The position numbers and the translations under genes are program-made. From an uncultured virus (IMG/VR IMGVR_UViG_2061766007_000711) (Duplodnaviria > Heunggongvirae > Uroviricota > Caudoviricetes): a DNA stretch of 46,387 nt. Positions within the stretch are counted from its first letter, which is position 1. Every line of letters begins with the position of its first letter. This document shows, piece after piece, positions 1 through 10,438 of the stretch. The notes under the pieces are model-generated. The model searched no databases, was not told the DNA's origin, and saw only the letters and a list, made by a program, of their open reading frames with translations. The stretch lies in IMG/VR virus record IMGVR_UViG_2061766007_000711; one strand, written 5' to 3'.

Positions 1-43
1 TTTTCTTTTGGTCTTCAATGTGCTGACTTATTCCACCTAGCAT
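1..43 (-). CDS. 5' end of an ORF running off the window (MLGGISQHIEDQKK...), possibly the tnpB-type gene of the adjacent IS200/IS605-like end
   Basis: ATG at 43 open to the window edge, CTATATTT motif on - strand at 53-60; product not identifiable from 14 codons. Confidence 0.3.
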   Translation of the reverse strand, partial: MLGGISQHIEDQKK

Positions 44-83
44 TCATGGATTAAATATAGCAAATATATCATTAGTTGGCATC

Positions 84-110
84 ATCCCACGGCTAAAGCC
101 GTGGGCTTTC
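84..110 (-). mobile_element. IS200/IS605-family subterminal hairpin (probable left end)
   Basis: CCCACGGC-TAAA-GCCGTGGG perfect 8-bp hairpin (86-105); minus strand reads AAAGCCCACGGCTTTAGCCGTGGGATGA, the typical form of IS605/IS1341 ends. Confidence 0.55.
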
Positions 111-214
111 GGTTCAGCGTAAGGCACCGGTAAGCAACGCCTAAGCGAAAAATATACTATATTTGGGATGTGCGCCATGCGCACATCCCTTTGCTTTTAT
201 ATGGAATTTACGAT

Positions 215-535
215 ATGATTAAGGAAAAGATTTACAGGCTGATGTTCCATAACTTTATCAGTAACCGAATCCGCCAGATTGCGTGCGGGTGGCGCCGAGA
301 GCTCCGCCACGGCGTGTCCATCTGGTACAAGCCGGTGAAACACTATCCGGGTTACGGGGACTACGACTACGAGCCGATGTTCGAGCGCGCCGTGCGCACC
401 GTCAGGCAGAACCGGAAGAAGTTCCCGGGAAAGCGCGTGGCCGTCGAGGTCGAGGTGTTCTACTCGGGAGGACGCCCGGGCATCGGTACCAGGCTGGTGC
501 AGTACAGAATCAAGCCGTACAGGAACGTGTTCTAG
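215..535 (+). CDS. hypothetical protein
   Basis: ORF downstream of CTATATTTG motif (157-165); stop overlaps next start (TAGTG); start codon uncertain. Confidence 0.6.
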   Translation: MIKEKIYRLMFHNFISNRIRQIACGWRRELRHGVSIWYKPVKHYPGYGDYDYEPMFERAVRTVRQNRKKFPGKRVAVEVEVFYSGGRPGIGTRLVQYRIKPYRNVF

Positions 536-2440
536 TGGACTACCGCAAGGAACAGCTGGCAGGACAGGCCCTCAGGAAGGCCGTCATGATGATGCAGAAG
601 ACCGCCCCCGGCCTCCTGCCCGTCTACATGGGCATCACCGGGATTCCCACGGAAGACCCGAACGTGGCCGTGCGTGTCGGGGTCAACGGTGGCACCCCGG
701 TCATGGAATACAACGTGGACTTCGTCGCAGCACTGGAGCCGTCGCTCCTCGGGGCGATAGTCTACATGGAGTGCGAGCGCATAGCCCTGCACCATTGCGA
801 CAGGCGCAAGCAGGAGCCGCTCGACATGCTGAAGCTGGCGAGCGACGTGGTCGTCGCCGAATACGCCAGGAAGCTCGTGGACACTTCCGTGGGCAAGAAC
901 CTGGAGATTGTAAACAGGCTGTTCCCCAGCTACTGGAACTACTGGCCGGTGCTGCAGAAGCACGGGTTCAACCCGGAGACCGACCTCACCCTCGAGAAGC
1001 TCTTCAAGATATTCAAGGAAGAGTACGCCACGATGAAGCCCGAGGAGGAAGAGGAGGACGGGGAACAGGAGAAGGAGCAGTCCGACGGCAAGTCAAAGGA
1101 CGAGCACGAGACACAGTCGAAGGGCACCAAGGACGACGCCAGGCAGCGGGAAGACAGCAAGGAAGGCAGCAAGGATGGCAGCGAGAATGCCGAGACTTCC
1201 GCTTCCCCCGGTGAATCCGGCGAGCAGGGCGACGGCAAGGAAGACGGCAGTTCCGGCGAGGACGGCAAGGACAAGGGAGAGGAAGATTCCGGCGAGGACG
1301 GCGACGGCGGCGAGGGAGAATCCGGCGAGGGCGAAAGCGAATCCGGCGAGAATTCGGACAAGGATTCCTCCGGGGAACCCGGCGACGGGGAGAGCGACGG
1401 GCAGGACGGAAGCCAGGACGGCACTCCCGAAGAAAGCGACGACGACCCGGGCACTCCCGGGGAAGGCGGAGGCGACGGCTCGAGCGGCGAAGGTGCCGAC
1501 GGCGGTTCCGAACCGGGAAACGACCCGGGCGACGGGGCCGACGGCGACGGGGAAGGAAATGACGGCGACGGAAACTGCGAGGACGGCTCCGAGGGTGATT
1601 CCGGGAGCCCGTCCGAAGACATAGACGGCGGTTCCGGGCAGGGCGAGCGGAAGAAGGACGATTTCGACAGCATGTCAAGGTACTTCTCCCTGACGAACGC
1701 CGGAAGCGACCTTTCCAGATGGGGGCAGGACGACGTGGCAAGGGACGCTGTCACCGCCACGGTCAACGACGCACTNNNNNNNNNNGTGGGGACAGGACGA
1801 CGTGGCGAGGGACGCTGTCACCGCCACGGTCAACGACGCACTGGACAAGGGGATGTTCGACAGGGTGCGCGGTCAGCTGCCGGTAATGCTCAGGAACGCC
1901 AACCGGGTGAAGGTCGACAAGGAGGCCATGTTCAGGAAGTTCATGACCAGCCTGCAGGACGACGAGCGCGAGGAGACCTGGAGCAGGCGCAACAGGAAGT
2001 TCATCCACTACGGCATGATTGCCCCGGGGCACGTATACAGGGAGACCCAGAGGATACTGTTCTGTGTCGACGTATCCGGCTCGATGTACCAGGGGGACTC
2101 CATAGTCAACTGCCTTACCGTCATGGAGAACGTCGTGAACGGGCTGTCCATCGACCTCGTCTACTGGGATGCTGTGTGCAGCCCGGTGTTCACCGCGCCG
2201 AAGAGCATAAGGGACATGGCGATATACGGCGGGGGACGCACCGACCCGGAATGCGTCCTGCGGAAGCTGGGCCCCGACAGGTACAAGTACGACGGGCTGA
2301 TATTCCTAACGGACTGCATATTCACCTGGAGGCGTCCGCCGAGACACAAGCAGATTATGATTCTGCGCACCCACGGGGAGCATGAGTTCCCGGAATGGTG
2401 CGTATACAAGGACGACCTGGAGAAGTTCATTGGACATTAG
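535..2440 (+). CDS. DUF2201-type putative metallopeptidase-like domain + long acidic Gly/Glu/Asp/Ser linker + C-terminal VWA domain protein
   Basis: YNVDFV...AIVYMECERIALHH N-domain; CVDVSGSM MIDAS (DxSxS), GGGRTD, IFLTD; apparent frameshift is the 10-N join at 1776-1785 with duplicated flanks. Confidence 0.8.
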
Positions 2441-2492
2441 CGGTTGAATGGACTGAACTGAACCATACCGCAGAAAAGAAACGGTGTAGCTG

Positions 2493-3749
2493 ATGGAAGA
2501 AATGGTTATAAAGGAAGCGGCCAAGCTGCCGCAGGTTGCAGGAGGATTGAAGCTCGCCAGGGCCATTAACGACCTTGGTTACGAGGCATACCTTGTCGGC
2601 GGTTGCGTAAGGGACCTTGTCCGCTGGAAGCTCGGGCTGGACCCCGAGCCGGGAATCCACGACGTTGACCTGGCCACGAACATGCCGGCGGACGAGATGG
2701 CGAAGCACTTCAGGACGGCCAGCAACAACGGCGAGAAGCACGGTACGATACTGGTGTTCATGGACGGCGAGCCTTTCGAGGTGACTAGGTTCCGTGCGGA
2801 CGGGGACTACAGCGACGGGAGGCACCCGGACTCGGTGGCGTTCGCCGATACATTCGAGGAGGACACCAGACGGCGCGACTTCACGATGAACGCCATGGGC
2901 ATGGCCGCCGACTGCAGGGTAGTCGACTACCACGGCGGCGTGGAGTCGATACGCTCGGGTGTTCTGTCTACCGTGGGCGACCCGGTGGACCGTTTCAACG
3001 AGGACGCGCTGAGGATACTCCGTGCAGGCAGGTTTTCCTCCAAGTTCGGCATGAAGCCCGACCTGGTGATGAACTCGGCATGCCACGCGCTTGCCCCGCG
3101 GCTGAAGTTCCTTTCGATGGAGCGGGTGCACGACGAGCTCACCAAGTGTTCCACGGCGAAGGCGTTCGCCGGCATGATGCACTTCCTCGAGGACGGCATA
3201 GGCAAGGTGCTATCCGACGCTATCGACTGGAAGGCCGCCGCCAGGGCCGTGGACAACTGGACGGTATACCGCCAGAAGCCATGGGACACGGTGACGGGTA
3301 TGGCGATACTGTTCATGGCGTGCGGGTCGATGGCCGAGTTCGAGATGCGCAAGTTCAAGTGCACCGTAGAGGAAATAGACGCGTACAAGTACGCCAAGGT
3401 CATGACGATGGAATACCAGTCCGGGCGGATGGACCTTGTCGGGATGGTGGACCTGGTCGAGAACCGCAGGTGGCCGTATTTCGTCGGAGTGGTCAACGCG
3501 TACGGCGGGAAGTGTGCAATCGACTCCGCACAGGAGGAGAAGCTCCTGTCGATGGGGAGGTCGTACCCTACGCCCAAGGACATATCGTCGGCGATGAAGG
3601 ATGCCGGTGTCGAACAGGGGCCGCTGTTCGGCCGGATACTCCGCCGGGTGCGGCTCTGCGTCTACAAGCGGAAGGTGGCGGGACGCGGCGCGGTAGACCG
3701 GGAGTATCTCGATAAACTGGTTGCCGAAGTAATAAAAGAGTGCAGCTAA
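2493..3749 (+). CDS. cca: class II CCA tRNA nucleotidyltransferase / poly(A) polymerase family
   Basis: YLVGGCVRD, DVDL, EVTRFR, EEDTRRRDFTMNAM, FNEDALRILRAGRF motifs. Confidence 0.9.
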   Translation: MEEMVIKEAAKLPQVAGGLKLARAINDLGYEAYLVGGCVRDLVRWKLGLDPEPGIHDVDLATNMPADEMAKHFRTASNNGEKHGTILVFMDGEPFEVTRFRADGDYSDGRHPDSVAFADTFEEDTRRRDFTMNAMGMAADCRVVDYHGGVESIRSGVLSTVGDPVDRFNEDALRILRAGRFSSKFGMKPDLVMNSACHALAPRLKFLSMERVHDELTKCSTAKAFAGMMHFLEDGIGKVLSDAIDWKAAARAVDNWTVYRQKPWDTVTGMAILFMACGSMAEFEMRKFKCTVEEIDAYKYAKVMTMEYQSGRMDLVGMVDLVENRRWPYFVGVVNAYGGKCAIDSAQEEKLLSMGRSYPTPKDISSAMKDAGVEQGPLFGRILRRVRLCVYKRKVAGRGAVDREYLDKLVAEVIKECS

Positions 3750-3753
3750 CCGT

Positions 3754-4038
3754 ATGACACCTGTCGGCATCGCCTGTTGGATAATGGGAATCCTTTCCGC
3801 AATCTCGTTCGCGTTCAACCTGTATCCGCAGTACCGGCTCGCAAAGAGGACGCACAAGACAGGGCTCGCATACGGCTTCTTCGTACTCGCCTACGTAGGC
3901 AACATCGGGGCCGCCATATTCGTGCTCTACACGAACCTGCAGACCGGGGATTTCCAGTGGCCGCTGTACGGCAACTACGGGGTGGCGACCTACTTCACGA
4001 CCCGCCTGCTGATAATGAGGATAAGGTTCGGGAAATAA
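3754..4038 (+). CDS. PQ-loop / SemiSWEET-like small membrane protein
   Basis: 94 aa, three hydrophobic segments, LYPQY...TGLAYGFF PQ-loop pattern. Confidence 0.7.
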   Translation: MTPVGIACWIMGILSAISFAFNLYPQYRLAKRTHKTGLAYGFFVLAYVGNIGAAIFVLYTNLQTGDFQWPLYGNYGVATYFTTRLLIMRIRFGK

Positions 4039-4129
4039 TTCACGAAAGATGCAATTTTCTTACGCGGCGGCTGTCACGGTAGCCGCGTCTTTTACTATAT
4101 TTGCACTAGGACCCATGGAGTAATGACGA

Positions 4130-5392
4130 ATGATTACTGACAAGACAGGCATAAGTTTTGCCCAGTTCTTTGACTTGATGGAATGCTGCGGCCCGGATTC
4201 GGCCGTATTGCTGGAAGGCGACACCGGCATAGGCAAGACGACCATTTCCCGGTACTTCGCAGAGAAGATTGTGAAGCTTCCGTTCTGCATGATACAGGTT
4301 TCCGAGAACACCGACATGACCGACGTGTTCGGGCTTCCCGACTTCGACAGCGGCCGCACCGTATACAAGCCGCCCTCATGGTATCTCGGGCCCGACACCA
4401 AGTGCGTTCTGCTCCTTGACGAGGTCAACCGTAACAAGACTGTCATGAAGGGCCTGATGCGTCTCGCCACTGACCACCGGGTCGGCGACCTTACGTTACC
4501 TGACGGCAGCTACGTCCTTGGCGCAATCAACCCGGAATACGGCTCGCTCTACCAGGTCGTCGAGATGGACCCGGCACACAGGGCCCGTTTCCAGGTTGCA
4601 CAGCTGAACCCGACCATGCCCGAATGGGTGAAGTTCGCCCGCGAGGAAGGCCTGCCGAACGTGGTAATCGAGTACGTCCAGTCGCACGAACTCGACCTGG
4701 ACACCTTCAAGAACCAGGAGAACGTGAACCAGGCAGAGGGACAGTTCTACCACCACGTGCTGCCGTGCCGCCGCCAGTGGCACCAGTTCGCCGAGCAGGT
4801 CGTACGCGGCGAGAACTTCAAGGGCACCGGCATATCCCGCTTCGACCCGAAGCACTTCGACGACGCCGAGAACTTCATGTACGCGATGGCGGCAGGCCGT
4901 CTCGGCACCGGTGTAGCCGAGCGTTTCACCAAGTTCTACTACAAGTTCAAGTTCAGGAACGACGACTGCTGGATTACGGCTGAGCAGCTCCTTTTCGGAA
5001 CGGACAAGGACTGGGCACCCGGCGGGAAGATGGTCAAGGAGCTCAAGCGGATGGCGGACAAGGATATCCCGGGGCTCACCAGTCTCGGCGAGGAGCTGCT
5101 CGACCTGACCGCACGCAACGAGGACAAGATGTGGAACGACTTCCACAGCGGCCCCAGCTCCACCGCGAAGTCATACGGGACCAACATATTCAAGTTCATG
5201 TACACCTGCCCGCACGAAGTCGTGTGCAGCCTGTACTATTCTAAGATTGCCCCGGCGAACCAGGAGGCAAAGCGCAGGAAGGCGCTGGCCAAGCAGGGAG
5301 TCGGCAAGGATGACGGGCCGAAGTGGGAGAACCTGATGTGTCTCGGGTTCCCCAAGCTGGCCGAGCTACTCAAGGACATAGTCAACCAGTAA
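4130..5392 (+). CDS. MoxR/AAA_5-type ATPase
   Basis: Walker A GDTGIGKT, Walker B LLLDEVNR, sensor-1 GAINP, MDPAHRARF arginine finger; partner of the VWA protein. Confidence 0.85.
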   Translation: MITDKTGISFAQFFDLMECCGPDSAVLLEGDTGIGKTTISRYFAEKIVKLPFCMIQVSENTDMTDVFGLPDFDSGRTVYKPPSWYLGPDTKCVLLLDEVNRNKTVMKGLMRLATDHRVGDLTLPDGSYVLGAINPEYGSLYQVVEMDPAHRARFQVAQLNPTMPEWVKFAREEGLPNVVIEYVQSHELDLDTFKNQENVNQAEGQFYHHVLPCRRQWHQFAEQVVRGENFKGTGISRFDPKHFDDAENFMYAMAAGRLGTGVAERFTKFYYKFKFRNDDCWITAEQLLFGTDKDWAPGGKMVKELKRMADKDIPGLTSLGEELLDLTARNEDKMWNDFHSGPSSTAKSYGTNIFKFMYTCPHEVVCSLYYSKIAPANQEAKRRKALAKQGVGKDDGPKWENLMCLGFPKLAELLKDIVNQ

Positions 5393-5406
5393 CGAAGGAG
5401 AAAACG

Positions 5407-5838
5407 ATGCAGCAGGATGGACAGGCGGAAAACGCCAAGCCTACCAGGGAAGAGATAATGGCCGACCGGAAGGCCATCAGGGCGAAGTTCAGCAAGCCCG
5501 TTGCCGAAAGGTACGACGAGGCGTGCGACCGCGATGACGACTACGGCGCGAACATAGTAATGTTCGACGAAATGGAGGCCGGCATGGTCGGCACCACGGT
5601 CAACGCGGCCGGCGTAGTGGTGCCGGTGTACGAGCGCGAGCTGTGCATCAAGGCGCTCGCCAAGAAGTACATGGCGAGCGGCGACTACAAGGACGATGAC
5701 GAGGCATACACCGCGGCTACCGAGTGGTTCGATTTCAACACGGAGCGCACCCTTCCCTACCTGAAGAAACAGGCCCCGGTCATAATCGACGGGTTCCTGA
5801 GGGACGCCGGACTGTGGGAGGGCTTCCTCGATGAATAG
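5407..5838 (+). CDS. hypothetical phage protein
   Basis: AAGGAG RBS before ATG 5407; codon usage matches neighbours. Confidence 0.7.
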   Translation: MQQDGQAENAKPTREEIMADRKAIRAKFSKPVAERYDEACDRDDDYGANIVMFDEMEAGMVGTTVNAAGVVVPVYERELCIKALAKKYMASGDYKDDDEAYTAATEWFDFNTERTLPYLKKQAPVIIDGFLRDAGLWEGFLDE

Positions 5839-6376
5839 CACTACGGTTTCGACTAAAGACGTTCTCCAGATGGCGTCGCGCCTCGGGTTCAGGCACGGGA
5901 AGAACGACAAGGGAATCCCGGCGTTGACCTATTCCTCCGCCAACGGGTTCGTCATGGAGTTCCCGGTGCCGTGGCTCAAGGAGGACGGTACCTACCTGTA
6001 TGACCAGGTGTGCACCCAGCTCAACGCGATGAAGACGTCGGCCAGGATGGACGAGGAAGTGTACGACTTCCTGCGGAACAAGGACAACCAGGAGAAGATT
6101 AACAAGGCGTGCCTCGACTTCGGCATGGTGTACGACAACAACGACCACATGTTCTACTACGTGAAGGGCGGGAAGGCGCTGTTCGGCGTGGACCACGACT
6201 ACATCGCGAGCCTGATATGCACGGGGAAGGCGAGCATCGACCACCTGGACGACATGCTGGCCACTTTCCTCGATACGTCGGAGTTCGAACACGAGCAGAG
6301 CGCCAAGGCGTCGGGAAAACAGCTTCTGGAAAAGGGAAAGAAGGGGAAGAAAGGTGGAAGAAAGACAGCGGGCTAG
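5831..6376 (+). CDS. hypothetical protein, basic C-terminal tail
   Basis: 181-aa ORF overlapping neighbours in operon. Confidence 0.7.
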   Translation: MNSTTVSTKDVLQMASRLGFRHGKNDKGIPALTYSSANGFVMEFPVPWLKEDGTYLYDQVCTQLNAMKTSARMDEEVYDFLRNKDNQEKINKACLDFGMVYDNNDHMFYYVKGGKALFGVDHDYIASLICTGKASIDHLDDMLATFLDTSEFEHEQSAKASGKQLLEKGKKGKKGGRKTAG

Positions 6377-6910
6377 GATAGCGGTGGACTTCGACGGGAC
6401 CCTCGCCAGGAAGTCATGGCCGTCAATCGACAAGGATACCGTGTGGAACGACGTGCTGTGTGCGTGGCTCCAGAAAAGGAAGGCCATGGGCGACTACGTC
6501 ATGCTGTGGACCTGCCGGGAGAACTACGGGGGAATACGTTTCCCTGACCACGAGTACCTCAATGACGCGGTCAGGATGTGCACCAGGCACATGCTATTCT
6601 TCGACGGGGTCAACCGGAACGTCGGCGAGGCGTTCGGGGAGTACCTGTCCGGGACCGAGAGGTATGGCAGGAAGCTGTGCGCCGACGTATATATCGACGA
6701 CAGGTCGCTCCCGTTCAGCCCGGACGGGAGGCTCGCCAGGTTCTACTGGAAGGTATACCTGTGGCTGATGGACAGGAAACTGNNNNNNNNNNTTACATCG
6801 ACGACAGGTCGCTCCCGTTCAGCCCGGACGGCAGGTTCGCCAGGTTCTACTGGAAGGTATACCTGTGGCTGATGGACAGGAAACTGGCCAAAATGGCGAA
6901 AATCGACTAA
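6354..6910 (+). CDS. HAD-superfamily hydrolase
   Basis: IAVDFDGTL (motif I), LWTCR (II), ADVYIDDR (IV); 3' end duplicated across the 6783-6792 gap. Confidence 0.8.
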
Positions 6911-6919
6911 AAATCCTGG

Positions 6920-6944
6920 ACCCGCGCCACAAGCGCGGGTTTTT
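6920..6944 (+). terminator. intrinsic terminator abutting next promoter
   Basis: ACCCGCGC-CACAA-GCGCGGGT followed by TTTT. Confidence 0.6.
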
Positions 6945-6994
6945 GCTATATTTGCAATACAATAAGTATAACACCATACAGAAGGACATACACA

Positions 6995-8079
6995 ATGAAT
7001 AACGCATACGAAGCGGCCATGACCGCACTCCAGAAAGCGAACCTCGATTTCGAGGCAGTGATGCGCCCGGTCTCGTTCCTCGGGGTTGATGGCGAATACC
7101 ACGAAACCAAGATGTTCACTCCGGTCCGCAGCGACAACGGAACCATCATTTCCGACCACACCTTTACCAAGGCCTACCATCCCATCCAGAACAGCGACGC
7201 GTTCCAGGTCATTGCCGACATCGCCAGCGTCACCGACATCGAATTCAAGAATGTCGGATGCTGGGGCAACGGTGCCGGCGTCTATGCGCAGATTGCCCTC
7301 GGCGACGATATGGTCGTCGGAGGCGGCGACGACCGCGTCGGCCGCTATCTGTCCGTGGTGAACTCCCATGACGGGACCCGCGGATGCACTATCCTCATTA
7401 CCCCGTTCCGTTTCTTCTGCCAGAACCAGATTGCGGCCGCACTCAGTCATGCTGACAAGGACAACCTGTTCCGCGTCCGCCACAATTCCCTCGCGGAAGG
7501 CCGTCTCCGTATTCTCGGCGAAAGCCTCAAGATTGCCGAAGGCGTGTTCGTGAAGACCGCCGAAGTCTACAACCGCCTTGCGGACAAGATTATCGATATG
7601 GATTTCGTCCGCGAAGGCATCGCCCGTAGCCTCCCGTTCAAGGGCGAAGAGGAGACCCCGGAAGAACCGACCACCCACTTCGAAAACATGCTCACCGGCA
7701 TGATTAACCGCTTCAACTCCGCAGACCACGGCAACGTGGAGAAGATGACCGCCTGGAACCTCTACAATGCTATCCAGGGCACCTTCCAGCACGNNNNNNN
7801 NNNGCTCATGGCGCACGTGGAGAGATTCTGCCGCAGGACGGACGCGACCGCCAGGTACAATGTGGTAACCGGCTTCGCCCCAATCCCGGAATCGGCGGTG
7901 CCTACGCTGAANNNNNNNNNNACAGCCGCAACACCGCGAACAAGAACTTCTCCGTTCTGTGCGGCGGCATCGCCGGCAAGAGCCAGACCGCCCTCAACCA
8001 TATCGTCGAGATGGTTGACCGCGGGTATGAAAAGACCAGCACCACCCTGTTCGACAGGGCATTCGCACGAGTTGCATAA
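6995..8079 (+). CDS. DUF932/DUF945-family phage/plasmid protein
   Basis: YLSVVNSHDGT, TPFRFFCQNQI, RHN, TAWNLYNAI; interrupted by gaps and a misplaced fragment (7804-7911); C-terminus resumes at 7922 and stops at 8079. Confidence 0.75.
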
Positions 8080-8423
8080 TGACAAAGACAGTAAGGAACG
8101 AACGCGGCCATGAAGTGGACCGCCTCCGCAAGGAGGTGGAGCGCCTGGCTGCAGCCCTCGCCTCGGTGAAGAACCAGAAGGACGCATACGTGCTCGAGGT
8201 CCGAAAGGAGGACGGGGAAAGTTTCTCTATCACTCGCACCTACTACCACGCCAAGAAGGACGCCATGAACGACCTCTGCGTGGAGCGGGCGAAGTTCGCG
8301 GGGGACGACAAGGAGCTCCTGAGCAAGGAGCCGAGACAGGTTACCCGCGGCAACACCGAACTTACAATATCGACGGAAGACCGGGTATTCCGGGGAACCG
8401 TCAGCAGGATTAAGATAATCTAG
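8079..8423 (+). CDS. hypothetical protein
   Basis: TAATG coupling to upstream gene. Confidence 0.65.
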   Translation: MTKTVRNERGHEVDRLRKEVERLAAALASVKNQKDAYVLEVRKEDGESFSITRTYYHAKKDAMNDLCVERAKFAGDDKELLSKEPRQVTRGNTELTISTEDRVFRGTVSRIKII

Positions 8424-8433
8424 GAGAAATACA

Positions 8434-8973
8434 ATGCCAGTAGCAGTCAACCGCATACGCAAGCTCGGCACGCCGAGACTTGACCTTGAACCCGGGGCAT
8501 ACCCGGCACATATCGTCGGGATGGTATACCCCAAGGAAGTCAACGGCGAATGCCGCCACACGTTCGGCGAGTACCTCCTGCAGGTTCACAAGGGGGACCT
8601 GGTGTGCTATCTCGCCACCAAGCCGTTCGACGTGAGCATCAACGAGGAGAGCCCCCTCAGCAAGCTCCTGCAGGGTCTGACCGGTACGAAGAACAGCGAC
8701 GAGCTGTTCAAGTGGCTTGAAGGAAATGGATACTTCGAAGACGGAGTGTTCGACGAGCGCGACTTCATCGGCGTGCCTCTCATGGCGCATGTGGAGAGAT
8801 TCTGCCGCAGGACTGACGCGACCGCCAGGTACAACGTGGTAACCGGCTTCGCCCCAATCCCGGAATCGGCGGTGCCTACGCTGAACACGACCCGTCTCAT
8901 CCCGTACAGTTTCGCCCGTCCCCACAAGTACGAACTCGTCAAGCTCGACACGCTCTCCATCGACGAGGCGTAG
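8434..8973 (+). CDS. hypothetical protein (weak resemblance to phage OB-fold/ssDNA-binding proteins)
   Basis: AGGAG RBS; LEPGAYPAHIV N-terminus and YNVVTGF near C-terminus; function speculative. Confidence 0.65.
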   Translation: MPVAVNRIRKLGTPRLDLEPGAYPAHIVGMVYPKEVNGECRHTFGEYLLQVHKGDLVCYLATKPFDVSINEESPLSKLLQGLTGTKNSDELFKWLEGNGYFEDGVFDERDFIGVPLMAHVERFCRRTDATARYNVVTGFAPIPESAVPTLNTTRLIPYSFARPHKYELVKLDTLSIDEA

Positions 8974-9198
8974 CTTGCTATATTTTAACTGAGGAACTAC
9001 CATGCCAAACAATTCCGGTATAATACTGAATCTGATTACGGGAAAAAACGGGGCCGGCAAGAGCACGGTCGCAAAGCGACTGAGGGAGCTGGGGTATTCC
9101 GTCCTGGATACGGATGTACTGTTCAAGGACATCATNNNNNNNNNNGCGCTCTCCATCGACGAGGCGTAGCTTTGCTATATTTGGACTGAGGAACTACC

Positions 9199-10140
9199 AT
9201 GTCAAACAATTCCGGTATAATACTGAACCTGATTACGGGAAAACCCGGGGCCGGCAAGAGCACGGTCTCCAAGCGACTGAGAGAGCTGGGGTATTCCGTC
9301 CTGGATACTGATGTACTGTTCAAGGACATCATCCGTAACGACACGATGGTCAGGACGGCACTGTATGCCAGGCTAGGCGTGCCTGTGACTGACGATAACG
9401 GCAACCTCTCCGGCGAGATTACATCCAAGTACATCAACGACAAGGCAACCTACGACATGGTGTGGGCCGAAGTGGCCCACCGCATGGCAGAGGTAATCGG
9501 GTCCATCCGGGCAAGCTTTGTCGAGGTACCCGTGCTGTACCCGTGGCTGAACGCATGGCTGGAATCCCAGGGAAGGATGCGCCAGCCGCCATGGTCGCCC
9601 GGTTCCATGGTACACCAGTTTACCGTGCGGGAGTTCCGCATCGAGGTGAGCAATGACGACGAACGAATCGAACGACTTGTATCCGACTTCGTGAAGAAGG
9701 AAGACCTGTACCTGGGAGGAGGCAGTTACGCCATGGACATGCTGTTCCATTCGCAGGAAGAGATTGAACGCAACAAGAATGCGGTGACCGCATACCGAAC
9801 GGTAANNNNNNNNNNAGAAGTGTCCCACCGCATGGCAGAGGTAATCGGGTCCATCAGGGCAAGCTTTGTCGAGGTCCCCGTGCTGTACCCGTGGCTGAAC
9901 GCATGGNNNNNNNNNNCTACCATGGACCTGCTGTTCCATTCGAGGGAAGAGATTGAACGCAACAAGAATGCGGTGACCGCATACCGAACGGTAATCAAGA
10001 CCCTGGACGAACGGCAGTCCGCATGCTCGGGTGCCGAAAACAACTGCTTCACGGAAATCGAGCTCCATACATACAGGAATGACAACCCGGACTCACCGGT
10101 ACTGATTGCGGAGAAGATAGTCGAGGAGATAAACGGATGA
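9199..10140 (+). CDS. dephospho-CoA kinase-like P-loop kinase
   Basis: LITGKPGAGKSTVSKRLRELGYSVLDTD and FVEVPVLY resemble CoaE; contains gap-duplicated segments; 9002-9135 is an alternative-allele copy of its start. Confidence 0.65.
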   Translation: MSNNSGIILNLITGKPGAGKSTVSKRLRELGYSVLDTDVLFKDIIRNDTMVRTALYARLGVPVTDDNGNLSGEITSKYINDKATYDMVWAEVAHRMAEVIGSIRASFVEVPVLYPWLNAWLESQGRMRQPPWSPGSMVHQFTVREFRIEVSNDDERIERLVSDFVKKEDLYLGGGSYAMDMLFHSQEEIERNKNAVTAYRTVXXXXEVSHRMAEVIGSIRASFVEVPVLYPWLNAWXXXXTMDLLFHSREEIERNKNAVTAYRTVIKTLDERQSACSGAENNCFTEIELHTYRNDNPDSPVLIAEKIVEEING

Positions 10141-10430
10141 ACCGAGAGATGGTGTTCGGCGACGCGCTGATGCAGATGTGCGACGGCATCCACCGTCCGC
10201 ACTCGTTCATGTACGTGCTGGACGGGAAGGTGACCTACCGCAACATCCGCGACGCCAAGGAGCTTCTCCGTGTCGAAATCAAGGAGATGCACCGGGACGA
10301 GTTCCTGGAATACCTCGAGTCGATAGACGCTGGCTTCTGCGACATGGAGAAGGTGTACGGCGAGTACAACTCGTTTGCCAAGGCATTCGACGGAAAGTCA
10401 TATTTCGCCTGGTACAACAACGACATGTAG
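10137..10430 (+). CDS. hypothetical protein
   Basis: ATGA overlap with upstream gene. Confidence 0.65.
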   Translation: MNREMVFGDALMQMCDGIHRPHSFMYVLDGKVTYRNIRDAKELLRVEIKEMHRDEFLEYLESIDAGFCDMEKVYGEYNSFAKAFDGKSYFAWYNNDM

Positions 10431-10438
10431 GATATGCT

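Noticed and set aside
283..534. N-terminal extension of the 700-aa ORF and the many long antisense/alternate-frame ORFs (e.g. 24322-25851, 34765-35961, 37129-37997)
   Set aside because: Shadow ORFs of GC-rich coding or low-complexity DNA, lacking RBS and protein-like composition
1720..1845. Direct repeats and frameshifts around 10-N gaps (also 6690-6885, 8950-9330, 10520-10680, 11765-12020, 18808-19020, 39000-39310, 42430-42800)
   Set aside because: Always centred on a scaffold join; assembly overlap/allelic bubbles, not biological repeats or pseudogenes
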